Source: Candidatus Cloacimonadales bacterium
GTDB taxonomy: Bacteria > Cloacimonadota > Cloacimonadia > Cloacimonadales > JAFGVF01
Length of the DNA stretch: 64,000 bases
Assembly (NCBI GenBank): GCA_963677495.2
Contig: CAXXOU010000002.1
Span: 164,070 to 228,069 of the forward strand
Direction of reading: 5' to 3'
Below, one piece after another: positions 25,153-36,243 of this stretch; positions within the stretch are counted from its first letter, which is position 1; each line of letters begins with the position of its first letter. The notes under the pieces are model-generated. The model was given only the letters and a program-made list of their open reading frames with translations. It searched no databases and was not told the origin of the DNA. A program made the position numbers and the translations under genes.

Positions 25153-25560
25153 CTATGTCTTTGCCCGTTGCTTCGTGATGTAATAGACGATAATACTACC
25201 AAGAACAATCACATTTATGATAATTGCGAAGAAGAAAACAAGGACAGGATGAAAGAACATAGTATAGACGAAATCCCTGAATCTAGCCGAAGATTGCTTT
25301 CGACTGGAAGTCCAAGCCTTTCTGTTTGACTCAAGAATCTCAGGGTCGAAACTAGCCTGATCAGTTGTAAAACTAGATGTGTAAGGACTAGTTTCTTTAA
25401 GCATAGGTTCGTTTAAATCTTTTTCATTACTCTCTATGAGTAAAGTATAGGTTAACCAGACTAACCCAATAGCAATCACAAACAAAGCAATACCATGAGC
25501 AACTTTTCGGATGGAATCTTCTCTGATTAATAGGATAAGCTTTTTTAGTAATTCTCTCAT
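25153..25560 (-). CDS. Small membrane protein (2 TM), last gene of the kinase operon
   Basis: 135-aa ORF lying 4 nt downstream of the preceding gene. It has hydrophobic segments near both ends. Confidence 0.5.
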   Translation of the reverse strand: MRELLKKLILLIREDSIRKVAHGIALFVIAIGLVWLTYTLLIESNEKDLNEPMLKETSPYTSSFTTDQASFDPEILESNRKAWTSSRKQSSARFRDFVYTMFFHPVLVFFFAIIINVIVLGSIIVYYITKQRAKT

Positions 25561-25564
25561 AATG

Positions 25565-27013
25565 TTATCTTAATGATACTTTAATACCAACTCCTATATT
25601 CAATGGTTCCTCTTCATAATTAGAATATTTAGAAGAGCCAGTGTTGATTAAATGTTCGCTTTCCAAATAAACTGAAATCTCTTTCTTAAATCGATACTCA
25701 ATATAACACTTTAAATCATACATCGGATCAAGCTTCACGTTTTGATGGCTGTATCGATTACTCTTATATTCAAATAGAGTATTAAAAAGAAATTTGTCAA
25801 TATTTATATCTAATGACGTATTATTCTCATACTCACTAAGATATGGAATCTTTGTATAATCTACAGAACCTTGATAATTGAGAGTGTTATAATCAAAATA
25901 GTTAAAGATAGTTTGATTTGAGAGTTTAAATCTCTTAGATTTATAGCTTATAGCAAGAGATAAGCCGGTTAGATTGACATCTTCATACCTAAATCCAGTA
26001 TAATCATTGGGGTTAATATAGCCGTAGTTGACAATATATTTATGGAAGAGACTGATATTTAGGGGAAGAATCTGACTATTCCCATATACTAATGAAGCAT
26101 TAACAGGTTGATACTCTGATTTCATGTCTGAAGCTATATCTAAATAATGATATGACTCTAAATCCTCACTAAAACTGTTTACTTTAACATTAGGACGATT
26201 ACGAAATGACAATATGCCAAGTTTATTGTCAAATAATGGTAACTGCCAACCTAATGTTGGAACTAGGAGCTCATTATCACCCTGAATCCAAAATGAAAGC
26301 TTCATATCGCTTATTGAGAAATGATCCGCTAGACTGTATCTTATGTAATCATCTTTGCTTATCAGATTTAAACGAAGCTCTTGGGTTGGAGATAAGTTAT
26401 ATGAAGTGATGAGTTCGCTAGACATAAGTGTTTCTTTATCACCATCATCATACTCATCAAAAAAGGCACTTACGTATAACTCATTGAAACTAGAAACTTT
26501 GGATAGCTGATTTAAGTCAGCAGTTAGCTTGACTCCTGAAAGTGTTATATCATTTCTAAGTTCATATGACTGGTTATAGAGATTGATACCAAAAGAATTA
26601 TCTCTAATAGCAGGAAACCAGCCAAACTGCATTGAAGAAATCTTCCAGTCATCAGCATAATCTTTAAAATCATAAAGAGCAGAGAAGCTTAACAATGATC
26701 TCTCAAAATCTTTATAAGCAGTTCTGAAATGGATTTTACTAGCTGAACCGATCTCTAACTCAGAATATGATTTGTGCTGTAAGAGAGAATCTTCTATAGC
26801 ATTGAACTCATTTACGGGAGCGAAATACTTATATCTGGTCTCTAAAGGGTGCTCAATTAACTCATACTCACTGATATCTCGATTGACTAGATGAAAATCA
26901 GCTGATTTGTTATCATCTCCCTCAATCTTGACATCCTGCAGATTAAGGTCTCCTGCTTGCGCAAAGATTGAAAGGCATAGGGCTAGCAGGATTATTAGAA
27001 ATGAAGCTCTCAT
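25565..27013 (-). CDS. Secreted, outer-membrane beta-barrel-like hypothetical protein
   Basis: 482 aa with the signal peptide MRASFLIILLALCLSIFAQA. The composition is Y/N/S-rich with alternating residues. A TAGATG junction links it to the upstream gene. Confidence 0.55.
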   Translation of the reverse strand: MRASFLIILLALCLSIFAQAGDLNLQDVKIEGDDNKSADFHLVNRDISEYELIEHPLETRYKYFAPVNEFNAIEDSLLQHKSYSELEIGSASKIHFRTAYKDFERSLLSFSALYDFKDYADDWKISSMQFGWFPAIRDNSFGINLYNQSYELRNDITLSGVKLTADLNQLSKVSSFNELYVSAFFDEYDDGDKETLMSSELITSYNLSPTQELRLNLISKDDYIRYSLADHFSISDMKLSFWIQGDNELLVPTLGWQLPLFDNKLGILSFRNRPNVKVNSFSEDLESYHYLDIASDMKSEYQPVNASLVYGNSQILPLNISLFHKYIVNYGYINPNDYTGFRYEDVNLTGLSLAISYKSKRFKLSNQTIFNYFDYNTLNYQGSVDYTKIPYLSEYENNTSLDINIDKFLFNTLFEYKSNRYSHQNVKLDPMYDLKCYIEYRFKKEISVYLESEHLINTGSSKYSNYEEEPLNIGVGIKVSLR

Positions 27014-29887
27014 CTATTTCAACAACCTTTCGATCTTCTTTCTTTTATCTTTGGTAAGCTCATTCTTTATAACCTTAAACAGTTTTTGTGCCTGTTGCTT
27101 CTTACCTGCTTTGATATAGCATATACAAGTAGAGTATTCTGCATCTAAGACAGTATCTTTAAATTCAGGATAGATATATTTCACTCGTAATAATTCAGGT
27201 ATCGCATCAGCATATTTCTTCTGAACTAGAAGTGATTTACCTTTTAAGTATTGAGCAGTAGCTCGTATTTGTTTGTTGTCATGCTTCAGAAGTTGCTCTA
27301 GCTCTTTTGAAACAGTTGATACTTTATTCTTATCTATGTAGTACTCAACATACTCCAGTTTAGCTTCAGCATAATCTTTTGATGTACCTGAAGATATTAC
27401 ATTAGTGTAATCTGATAAGAAATCAGGATTATTACTCAATCTGGAGATTCTCAGCAATCTAATAGCGGAAGAATACTCAGGGTTATCATTCTGTATTGCC
27501 CGAAGACTTGTTAAGGCTAATACGGTATCTCCTTTTGCAATATAAATATCTGCAAGATGGAAATTAACTTTCGATGGTTCAAGTTTCTTCAAGGTTTTTG
27601 TGAACAAGTTTTCAGCTTTATCGAAATCTTCATTATGCTTCAAAGCTTCAGCATAGAGAATGACAAGCTCATCATCTTCACCGTAGTATTTTAGCTTTTC
27701 TACGATTTTATCTCCTGTCTTGACAGCATCTTTATAAATCTTTCTTTCCATTTCCCATTTCAACTGAATTGCTAACAATCTTTTGTTCTCATCTTTATCC
27801 TTATTGTTAGTGATCATCTTATGTAAATCACCACGATAGTCACGTTGAGAATCTCGTACCATATTCCAGTAGAGTCCATCAATGACTAACTGAGTATTCT
27901 TTTTCAAATTATGCTCTAATAACAAGTAGGCAAAAGACGAGAATGATTCTTGATATGCCCCAAGATTGTACTGGGCATTAGCGATTCCAAGCTTTGCTTC
28001 GATGATGTGTTTTGATTTTTTGTGTTTCTTAATGAGCTCTTCGTATACATTTATTGCTTGTTGATAGTCTTCATGATTGAAAGCTGCATTTGCTGAAAGA
28101 AGCAGATATCTATCCGGCGTGTCTGATTCATTAGAAAGTAGTTTGAATGTTTCTTTTGCTTCATCATATCTTTCCATTTTGTAATATGTCCAAGCAGTCT
28201 GACTTAGAACTAGTTCAGTCTCTTTTGCATTTTTAGCATATTTCTTGGCAATTTGGTAATATATAAGTGCAAAATTATTCTTATCTCTATTAAACTCGAT
28301 GTTTCCTTGAAGCATATATTTGTCAAAGAGATATGGCTCCATTTCAGGTATCTTTTCAACAGATGTCATAGCTTTATCATATTGGCCGGAATAGTAGTAT
28401 GAATGTGCAATTCGCTCAGTTGTTACATTGGTTTCGAAACCTTTATCTAATGCTTTAGTGAAATGAGAAATCGCCTTTTTATACTTCTTCTGAAGGAACT
28501 GAACTTCTCCTAAATAGTAGATAGATGTAATTGCTTTTGGGTCTTCCGGGAAATCATCAACTACTTTGTTAAACCATCTGGTTGATTCATCCCATCCCCT
28601 TAGCGCAAGGTTACACATACCAAGTTTAAAGTAAACTTCACTTAAAAAGATTCCTTCATCATACATCAGTGTGTATTCAAGATAGAACTCTTTCGCTTCT
28701 GCATACCTTTCCAACATGTAGTAGATATCACCAAAAAGGAACTGAGCTTTCTCTTGAAGGTTTGGATTTAAAGAGGTTTGACTTAGCTTAATCAGACTGT
28801 TCAACGCATCCGGATACTGCTCGAGCAAATAGTGAATCTGAGCTTTTTGATAATACGCTGTATCCAGATGGTTTTTGTTCGCAGGTGATTTTATAAATTT
28901 GCGTAGTTCAGCTAAAGCTTTATCGGGATTCTCTAAAGAAATAATATCCACTAGTTTAAAGAAACTATTATACTTAACCTCATTGTCAGTGGAATTAGCA
29001 TAAAGTCTGCTAAGCTTCCCTTTAGCTTCTTCGAGTCTTCCTAAACGCTCGTATGCTAAACCTTGATAAAATGTCTTTTTATCGATGTATTTATCCATCC
29101 TTTTCAGGACGTCTAATGCTGTTACATAATCTTCAATTTCATAATAGGTTTGAGCTAAAATTAGGAGGTAATCATTATAATATCCCGAATCCTTTCTCAG
29201 TCTATAATGCCTATCAAGTATTGGAGCAAAGCTTTTCTTTTGATAGTTGTAATCAAACCATTTTACATAAGCAAAGTCAGTACCGGGATGTTTGGGAAAG
29301 CTTGAAAGCATCTTTTCCACTTCGTTACCGGTTTCAGTATCATTACCACGTTGGATCATAATCTGTACTTTCACACTAATGATATCAGGATTGCTCATAA
29401 CTTCTTCAGCTTTCAATATTTCATTATATGCCTTTGAAATTTTGTCCTCGTTTAAATATGCTTTTGCATTCCAGTAATAAGGAATCCATCTATCTTCTCT
29501 TCGTGGGAATTTCTTTACGAAATAGTCTCTCATTTCTCGAAGTTCTGTATATCGATTTAAGTGGTATAAACATTGAATACGTTTTATAACTGCCTCACCA
29601 CGTAACTGCTCCATAGGCGCTTTTTTATAAATCGATTTAAACACTTTGTCAGCTTCACTAAAGTTCCTCTCGGAAAAAAGGATATCTCCAAGAATAAGCC
29701 TTACAACCGGGTAGAACTCAGAATCCGGATAGTTCTTTTCGAATCTTGATATTTCAGTTTTAGCAATTGAGTTGTTACCATCTGAAAATAGACCATAAAT
29801 GAATTGAAAGTCTTCTTTGTCTGTTCCAATAAGGTATGAAGCAAACAATAATATTGCTATAAGGATTGTTATTGTTTTCTTTGACAT
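27014..29887 (-). CDS. TPR-repeat protein (957 aa, signal/anchor at the N-terminus)
   Basis: Repeated A/Y/L TPR-like 34-residue patterns run throughout. A TAATG overlap links it to the kinase gene. Confidence 0.7.
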   Translation of the reverse strand: MSKKTITILIAILLFASYLIGTDKEDFQFIYGLFSDGNNSIAKTEISRFEKNYPDSEFYPVVRLILGDILFSERNFSEADKVFKSIYKKAPMEQLRGEAVIKRIQCLYHLNRYTELREMRDYFVKKFPRREDRWIPYYWNAKAYLNEDKISKAYNEILKAEEVMSNPDIISVKVQIMIQRGNDTETGNEVEKMLSSFPKHPGTDFAYVKWFDYNYQKKSFAPILDRHYRLRKDSGYYNDYLLILAQTYYEIEDYVTALDVLKRMDKYIDKKTFYQGLAYERLGRLEEAKGKLSRLYANSTDNEVKYNSFFKLVDIISLENPDKALAELRKFIKSPANKNHLDTAYYQKAQIHYLLEQYPDALNSLIKLSQTSLNPNLQEKAQFLFGDIYYMLERYAEAKEFYLEYTLMYDEGIFLSEVYFKLGMCNLALRGWDESTRWFNKVVDDFPEDPKAITSIYYLGEVQFLQKKYKKAISHFTKALDKGFETNVTTERIAHSYYYSGQYDKAMTSVEKIPEMEPYLFDKYMLQGNIEFNRDKNNFALIYYQIAKKYAKNAKETELVLSQTAWTYYKMERYDEAKETFKLLSNESDTPDRYLLLSANAAFNHEDYQQAINVYEELIKKHKKSKHIIEAKLGIANAQYNLGAYQESFSSFAYLLLEHNLKKNTQLVIDGLYWNMVRDSQRDYRGDLHKMITNNKDKDENKRLLAIQLKWEMERKIYKDAVKTGDKIVEKLKYYGEDDELVILYAEALKHNEDFDKAENLFTKTLKKLEPSKVNFHLADIYIAKGDTVLALTSLRAIQNDNPEYSSAIRLLRISRLSNNPDFLSDYTNVISSGTSKDYAEAKLEYVEYYIDKNKVSTVSKELEQLLKHDNKQIRATAQYLKGKSLLVQKKYADAIPELLRVKYIYPEFKDTVLDAEYSTCICYIKAGKKQQAQKLFKVIKNELTKDKRKKIERLLK

Positions 29888-32800
29888 TAATTTTCCTCTG
29901 TATTCATCTCTTTTATCATTGGAAGAGCAATGTTAACTACGGTGCCTTCATCCTCTTCACTTTTTATCCATATCTTACCATGATGAAGATCAACAATCCG
30001 TTTAGTTACAGATAAACCAAGCCCTAATCCACAACTATCGTATTGAACAGTACCTGAGTGGTGAGAGTATAGATCTTTTAACTCTGAGAACTTAGTGAAA
30101 ATACGGTCAATTTCATATTGTGGCATTCCTTTACCATTATCTCTTATTATGAAGACTATAGATTGCTGATCATTAATCTTCTCAGTTTGGAAAGTGGACC
30201 TTCTTATCACAACCTCAATTGAACCAAAGTCTTTTGTGAATCTTACCGAGTTATTAATAACATTCAGAACAGCAGTGAACATCGCTTCCCAATTAAAATA
30301 TACATCAGGTAGGTTTTCCTCAATAGTAGATTTTACTATCATCTTGCGTGATTTAGAAATTAATTCAGCTTCTTCAGTAATGTGTGAGGAAAACTCTGAC
30401 AGATTGTTTGAAGTCAGCTGAAGCTTAGAAAGCGTATTGTAGCGATGTAGAGTCATGATACTTTCAGTAGTTCTAGTTAAATGTCCTATATTATCATCCG
30501 CTTTCTCCAGTAGAGTTGCTTTTTCCTCTTCAGAATGATACATCTTGCTTTTTAATCTATTTACTTGGCTGTTGAGCTTTGTAAGAGGAGTTATTAACTC
30601 GTGAGATACTATTCCTGCAAAACAGTCTTTAGCTTTCTCAAGATTTCCTAGAGCTATATTCCTTTGAACAAGGTTTTCATATTGTAATGAGTTCTGGATA
30701 GCAGCAGAGATTTGCATGAGCAAAAGTTTCATCATATCCTGATGTATATTTAAACGACTACTGCTATCAAGATAGTTGTCCAAATATACAATGCCATATA
30801 TCTCATTATTCTTTTGGAGAATAGGTGCAGCATATACTGTTTGAACAACCAGCTCATCCTGATCTTGGTTCATCTTAAACTTTTTCTCATTCTGATTTAT
30901 ATGATGGTAATATTCTTTCTTTTGTGATTGAACATCAGTAATTACATCATGACTTACATGTTCATTACTGTTTAGGAACTTCTTACTTGAATCCAGAGCA
31001 AGGTCTATTTCAAGCGAACCATCAAAAGTCTTTTTAAGAAGGAATCCTCTACTTGCACCGGTAAAGTCAATGCACCAGCTTAGTAAGCTCAAGTTTAACT
31101 TTGAAACATCAATTATGCCCATCATCTCTTGCGAGGCAAACATAAGTTTTGTGATAAGGTCTCTATTCTGTTTCATCTCAGAATATTCTTGGACTCTTAC
31201 CAATATTGCAGTTAAATGTAATTTAAGGGCTTTCATCATCATCAGTTCATGTTTCTGATAGTTTAACTCACCTTCATCAGCAATAACTAAACAACCAATT
31301 TTAGCAGATTTTATGATCAATGGAACAAACAGATAATGCATACCTTTAATGTTAACTGTCTGTATATCATTATTGAATATGCTGTTGTATATATACTCCG
31401 GAATTTTTACAGAGGATGAGATTAGCTCTTCACATTGGTATTCCATGAAGCTGGTAAGGTCATTATTGTTATCTATAAGATATATTGCGAAATGAGCTGG
31501 AGATATTGTTTCCTTCAAAGCTTTCTCAACAAAGAATCTGATACGTGTAACATTGCTGAGACGTAACAAGTCATAAAGCTGTTCAACAAGACTCTCCTTG
31601 TCTTGTTTTTTTCTAGGTTTAATCTCAACAAAGTTAAGGTCGGTTAAATATTTTTTTCTGTAAAAGTAATGCTTTTTAAAGAAGTTAGAAACTTCGACCT
31701 CGGCCCCGTCAATGATTATATCAAGCTTATTCTTCAGAAGTTTGAAGTACTGAGCAGCATATTTTCCTGCTTGTTTTTGTGAGTAGATTTGCACTAACAT
31801 CGCTAGAATGTTTAGTTCCAAGAATAAGTATTTATTAACCTTGGCTTCCTGATAAGCTTTTCTTAATGATCTTAAAACCAGTCTTATTGGTATATCTGCA
31901 GTTGCTAAATGAAGTTGAGCCTCAAGCATATCTGCTTTTACAGACCAATATTTGAATCCAAACTCTTCACAATGAGTTCTGACCTGCAACAGAAGCTCTT
32001 TAGCTTCTAAGTACTTGCCTTTATTAATAAGTATTCTTGCTTTGTTACAATAGAAGATTGTTGTTGCATAGAAGTTATTGTGTTTTTTTACATATACCAG
32101 TGCTGATTCAAGATACTGTTCTGCTTCTTGGTAATTGCCTTCTGACTCAGCAATCATACTTAAAAGGTTATAGTAAAATTCCTCATTTTTAGTTTTATTA
32201 AAATCAATTTTAGCATTATTTTTAACTAACGGCATTATTTTTGATGCTTGTCCGGTTGAGATTAGGTAGTAAAAATAGGTTTTCACCGCCGGGGTTAGCT
32301 CCTCAATTTTTCCTTCAAGTAAGTTAGGCTGTAGATTGAAAAGGAATTCTGTAAAGTCTTTTAAAGGAGCAGTTTTGCTTTTCATCAAAGCAATGTTATT
32401 CATTATCGATGCATAGAATAAGTTGTTCTCAGTCTTAAGCGAAAAAGTCTTTGCTCTCTCTAAGTATTGACCTGCAGCTTTGAAGTCTCCCATCTTTAAG
32501 TAGGACTCTCCCAAGTTTAACATTGCTTGGGTTTTTGTCATTTTATTACCAAGTTTCTCAGAGTTATCTAAAGCCATATTAAAGAGCTCAATTGCCTTGT
32601 TAATATCACCTTGTCTAAGATAGATGTCTCCTATGTTGTTATAAACAAGAGATAGTAAACGTTTTATCTTATAAGTTTCCAGAATACTACGAGCTTGACT
32701 TAAGTGGTCAAAAGCTTCGTCCATAACATTAATCTCTTCATAGAAGATTCCTAGATTATTATGAAGTGAAGCTAAGCGGAAAAATGCAACAGTATCATGA

Positions 32801-35379
32801 ATAGGGGGTAGGTTCATGTAACAGTTTTCTAAGAGCTCAACTGCTTCTCTTGATTTCCCCATTCTACTTAAATAAACACTCATCCTGTCTGAATAGTATA
32901 TTTTCAAAGGGATGCTCAATGGATACCCTTTCAATCTTTCCAGATGCTTTATTACTTCACGTGTTTTTCCCAATCTTGAATAAGCATGTGATAACACAAT
33001 AGTTACAAGTCCCATCTGACGACCGGTAACAACTAATTCTTCAGCTTTTTCAAGATTCTCAATCGCTTTATTATATTCTTCGGCATTAAAATATATCATG
33101 CTAATTACAAGATACTTTTCGAAGATATTCGGGAGCTTCATAAACTTTGGTAATAGGTTATAAACATGTGATACATCTGCAGACACTGTTATCTTGTTTA
33201 GCAGTAAATTCAGATCTGACATAAACAGGTGTTCAGGTAACTTCCCCCCTAGATCAAAGTCTATTTCCAGAACTCTAACAATCTCTTTAAATGCTTCATC
33301 CTGTTCATAATCAGAATCGAATCTATTATATAATCTCAATCTATATTTACGCATACAAAGCAAGTCACCGGTGACTTTAGCATTTGCAATAACACCCAGA
33401 CATACTTTAGGATCATTTGTATTGATTGTCTCAAAGTAATCAATAACCCTTCTAGATATTTCTTTTCGTGTCTTGAGAGGCATGTTTTTAAGAAGTCTTG
33501 TTTTAGCTTCCTTGAACGTAAATCTATAGCTATCATTAGCTTTTATAAGGATATCGTTATTTACTGCGTCGTTGATCAGGAAGAAGACCTGCTTTTCATC
33601 CAGTCCCAATACAAAAGTGATAAGCTCATTGGTTAGGGGAGTCTCAACACATGCAAGCGTCTTCAAAAGTCTTAAGTTCTCAGTTTTTAAATGTATCAAC
33701 CTGTTATGTATCTGCATCAACAAGTTACTCTTCATTCTATAGTTTGAGACATTATAGTCGAATTTGAATCTACCGTTTTTTAGTATATGACCCTCTTGGG
33801 TTAAGGCGATCATCAAATCTCTAATCATACCGGGGTTACCGGCACATCTGTTCCAAAGCTCCTCCACAAACTCTTTAGGAGGTTCTATTTGAACTAGTTT
33901 ATGTATGTAGTTTTGAGTTTCCGTTACTGTTAGAGGTTGTACTTTAATCAAGGCACCATTCTTAAGAAGAGGTACTTTCGTGAAGTCGCTAAAGCTCAAA
34001 ACAAGTAGAATTCTCTGTTCCCTTATTTCTACTGATAAGTAGTTAATGAAATCTATTGTATGCTGAGTAAGATACTGACAGTTTCTGATAATAAAGACAA
34101 GTGGTTTATCTTCAGAGAGGTGCACTACATAGTTCTTTGCAGATTCAAAGTCAGCTTTTAAGTCATCGTCACTCTTATATATCGAGCTAACAGATTCTTT
34201 CGACTTATATAAATATTCAGAGAAGTTCGGTGAAATTGTTTCAAGGTCTTTAGCAAACTCTTTATCACTCATTGCTTTAAACTCATGAAACTCTTTTATT
34301 AATGCATAGAAAGGATGTAGTGTCTTTGGTCCGCAAGCATAATCAAACAAGTAAACACTTCCATTTAATAAGTGGTATTTGAAAAGTGATAGCAGGTTAT
34401 TCTTTCCAAGCCCTGCATTTCCAATTATTGCAACAGTTTTACCATTCCCTTCTCTAATACTGGGCAGGTATCCGGTTAACATGTGACTGTACCTATCTCT
34501 GACAATATAACTATTGAAGCGTAAATTATTCACTATGCTCCATTCTCGTGAAAATGGGTACTGTGTTAATTGGGTACTATTTATGTACTTAATAACCTGT
34601 CCCGCTTTGTTGAAGCGTTCTTCAGGGTTCTTACTTAAGAATTTAAGAAGCATCTTCTCAAGCTCTAGCGGGATACTAGGGTTTAACTCTCTAGCTGATT
34701 TTGGGAAGAAGTGTTGCTGTTTGCCCGAAATCAGAGATGAGATAGTGTCGATTGAGAAGGGATATGAACCTGTAGTCAACCAATAGAGAATAACACCTAA
34801 AGAGTAGTAGTCACTACTTTTATTTGCCTGCTCCCCCAAGAAAACTTCAGGAGCAATATAGGGTAGCGAACTCGTGAGGTGACGATTCTTCTCCTGTAAT
34901 GTAACTTTAGTAAATCCAAAGTCAGCGACTTTCACTTGTAAACCGTTCTCATTAATTCTGTATAGAATGTTTTCAGGTTTCAAATCTTTATGTGTAATGC
35001 CATGACTATGCAGAGCATGGAGTGCGTAGCATATTTGTACAACTAACTCATAAAAAAGGTCGATTTGATTTATCTTGAAAGGAAAGTTCTTTAAAGAACG
35101 ACCTTCGAAATACTCGCAGATGTAGTAAATTCTGTCTTCTATATTACCGAAGTCTTTAACATGAATCAGATTTGGATGTTCAATTTTTGTAATATGATGC
35201 ATGTCTTCCGGTGTGAATTTCTCATACAATTCATTTGCAGAAATTTGCTGAAAATACTTAAGCGCGTAGATATTACCGGTTCGGATATCCTTAACTTTGT
35301 ATACTGTAGCCCAGATTCCGGTTCCCAGGCTCTCTAAAACCTCATAGCGAGAATCAATAATCATTAATTCCTCCCACAA
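29887..35379 (-). CDS. Multidomain sensor: Hanks-type Ser/Thr kinase, AAA/STAND-like NTPase, TPR region, GAF, and HisKA with HATPase_c histidine kinase (1830 aa)
   Basis: Kinase motifs: GTGIWATV, YALK, HKDLKPEN, DFG and APE. P-loop-like motif: GNAGLGKN. Histidine-kinase motifs: H-box VSHELITPL, N-box NNSVRFT, G1 RDNGKGM and G2 GLGLGLS. Confidence 0.85.
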   Translation of the reverse strand: MWEELMIIDSRYEVLESLGTGIWATVYKVKDIRTGNIYALKYFQQISANELYEKFTPEDMHHITKIEHPNLIHVKDFGNIEDRIYYICEYFEGRSLKNFPFKINQIDLFYELVVQICYALHALHSHGITHKDLKPENILYRINENGLQVKVADFGFTKVTLQEKNRHLTSSLPYIAPEVFLGEQANKSSDYYSLGVILYWLTTGSYPFSIDTISSLISGKQQHFFPKSARELNPSIPLELEKMLLKFLSKNPEERFNKAGQVIKYINSTQLTQYPFSREWSIVNNLRFNSYIVRDRYSHMLTGYLPSIREGNGKTVAIIGNAGLGKNNLLSLFKYHLLNGSVYLFDYACGPKTLHPFYALIKEFHEFKAMSDKEFAKDLETISPNFSEYLYKSKESVSSIYKSDDDLKADFESAKNYVVHLSEDKPLVFIIRNCQYLTQHTIDFINYLSVEIREQRILLVLSFSDFTKVPLLKNGALIKVQPLTVTETQNYIHKLVQIEPPKEFVEELWNRCAGNPGMIRDLMIALTQEGHILKNGRFKFDYNVSNYRMKSNLLMQIHNRLIHLKTENLRLLKTLACVETPLTNELITFVLGLDEKQVFFLINDAVNNDILIKANDSYRFTFKEAKTRLLKNMPLKTRKEISRRVIDYFETINTNDPKVCLGVIANAKVTGDLLCMRKYRLRLYNRFDSDYEQDEAFKEIVRVLEIDFDLGGKLPEHLFMSDLNLLLNKITVSADVSHVYNLLPKFMKLPNIFEKYLVISMIYFNAEEYNKAIENLEKAEELVVTGRQMGLVTIVLSHAYSRLGKTREVIKHLERLKGYPLSIPLKIYYSDRMSVYLSRMGKSREAVELLENCYMNLPPIHDTVAFFRLASLHNNLGIFYEEINVMDEAFDHLSQARSILETYKIKRLLSLVYNNIGDIYLRQGDINKAIELFNMALDNSEKLGNKMTKTQAMLNLGESYLKMGDFKAAGQYLERAKTFSLKTENNLFYASIMNNIALMKSKTAPLKDFTEFLFNLQPNLLEGKIEELTPAVKTYFYYLISTGQASKIMPLVKNNAKIDFNKTKNEEFYYNLLSMIAESEGNYQEAEQYLESALVYVKKHNNFYATTIFYCNKARILINKGKYLEAKELLLQVRTHCEEFGFKYWSVKADMLEAQLHLATADIPIRLVLRSLRKAYQEAKVNKYLFLELNILAMLVQIYSQKQAGKYAAQYFKLLKNKLDIIIDGAEVEVSNFFKKHYFYRKKYLTDLNFVEIKPRKKQDKESLVEQLYDLLRLSNVTRIRFFVEKALKETISPAHFAIYLIDNNNDLTSFMEYQCEELISSSVKIPEYIYNSIFNNDIQTVNIKGMHYLFVPLIIKSAKIGCLVIADEGELNYQKHELMMMKALKLHLTAILVRVQEYSEMKQNRDLITKLMFASQEMMGIIDVSKLNLSLLSWCIDFTGASRGFLLKKTFDGSLEIDLALDSSKKFLNSNEHVSHDVITDVQSQKKEYYHHINQNEKKFKMNQDQDELVVQTVYAAPILQKNNEIYGIVYLDNYLDSSSRLNIHQDMMKLLLMQISAAIQNSLQYENLVQRNIALGNLEKAKDCFAGIVSHELITPLTKLNSQVNRLKSKMYHSEEEKATLLEKADDNIGHLTRTTESIMTLHRYNTLSKLQLTSNNLSEFSSHITEEAELISKSRKMIVKSTIEENLPDVYFNWEAMFTAVLNVINNSVRFTKDFGSIEVVIRRSTFQTEKINDQQSIVFIIRDNGKGMPQYEIDRIFTKFSELKDLYSHHSGTVQYDSCGLGLGLSVTKRIVDLHHGKIWIKSEEDEGTVVNIALPMIKEMNTEEN

Positions 35380-35482
35380 TAATGAACTCTTTGTTTTTAT
35401 CTAAATGTCAAGGGAAATGTTGTGCTATTTATCTGGAGATAAAAGGAATTAATCTATTATCCCTAAATTGAAACGGAGTTAA

Positions 35483-35938
35483 CTACTTCTCCTGCTTTTC
35501 TAAATCTATGTTTGCCACAGGATAGGGGTAGCTAAAATGAAAGATTTGCATAAATGTACCCCTTAATCTATTATCCTTTATATTGCATGGAACTGTAAAT
35601 CTACGAATTTCTTGAGAATCATTTTCACTAATCTTTCCTACTAAAGTTCCGGATTTTACTATATAGTCTGATTTTACATTAAGAAACTTCCCGATTTTAC
35701 CTCTATTATATGCGAAAATGCAGTCATTTAGAATTGAATTACCTAGTTTTCCCGTAACAGAAAAATTCTCATGGAAGGTGATTTCTACTCGAACTGAATC
35801 TCGGATTACAACTCCATCGCTTTTGAGAAAAGCTTTTGATTCACCTACCCAGCTTCCAAGTAACTCTTGGGGAACTACCCCTTCTGCAAAGAGTTGAAAA
35901 CAACCTATTAAAAACGCTATAAATAGAATGTGTTTCAC
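35483..35938 (-). CDS. Small secreted hypothetical protein
   Basis: 151 aa with the signal peptide MKHILFIAFLIGCFQLFA. Confidence 0.5.
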   Translation of the reverse strand: MKHILFIAFLIGCFQLFAEGVVPQELLGSWVGESKAFLKSDGVVIRDSVRVEITFHENFSVTGKLGNSILNDCIFAYNRGKIGKFLNVKSDYIVKSGTLVGKISENDSQEIRRFTVPCNIKDNRLRGTFMQIFHFSYPYPVANIDLEKQEK

Positions 35939-36243
35939 ACAATACCTTCCTGTTTAAATATGTTTTAAAAAGCATTTGCAGAATGAAACCAATTTGGTTT
36001 ATGTCAAGATAATCGTCAATCAATCCTAATCTATCCTCGAATTAATGCGAACAATTTATGAGTGTATTGTAAAACAAGTAAAGTAAACAAAGTGTAGAAA
36101 TGATTCATGCATGCTCATGTGTGAAGAGATTAGATAGTTTTCATTGGAATGTGAAGTCTGAGATAAAAAGCTATAGTTTTTTGAAAATTCTTGACAATTG
36201 ACTTCATGCGATGTAATTATATATTGCGAGTATAGTAAGAAAG

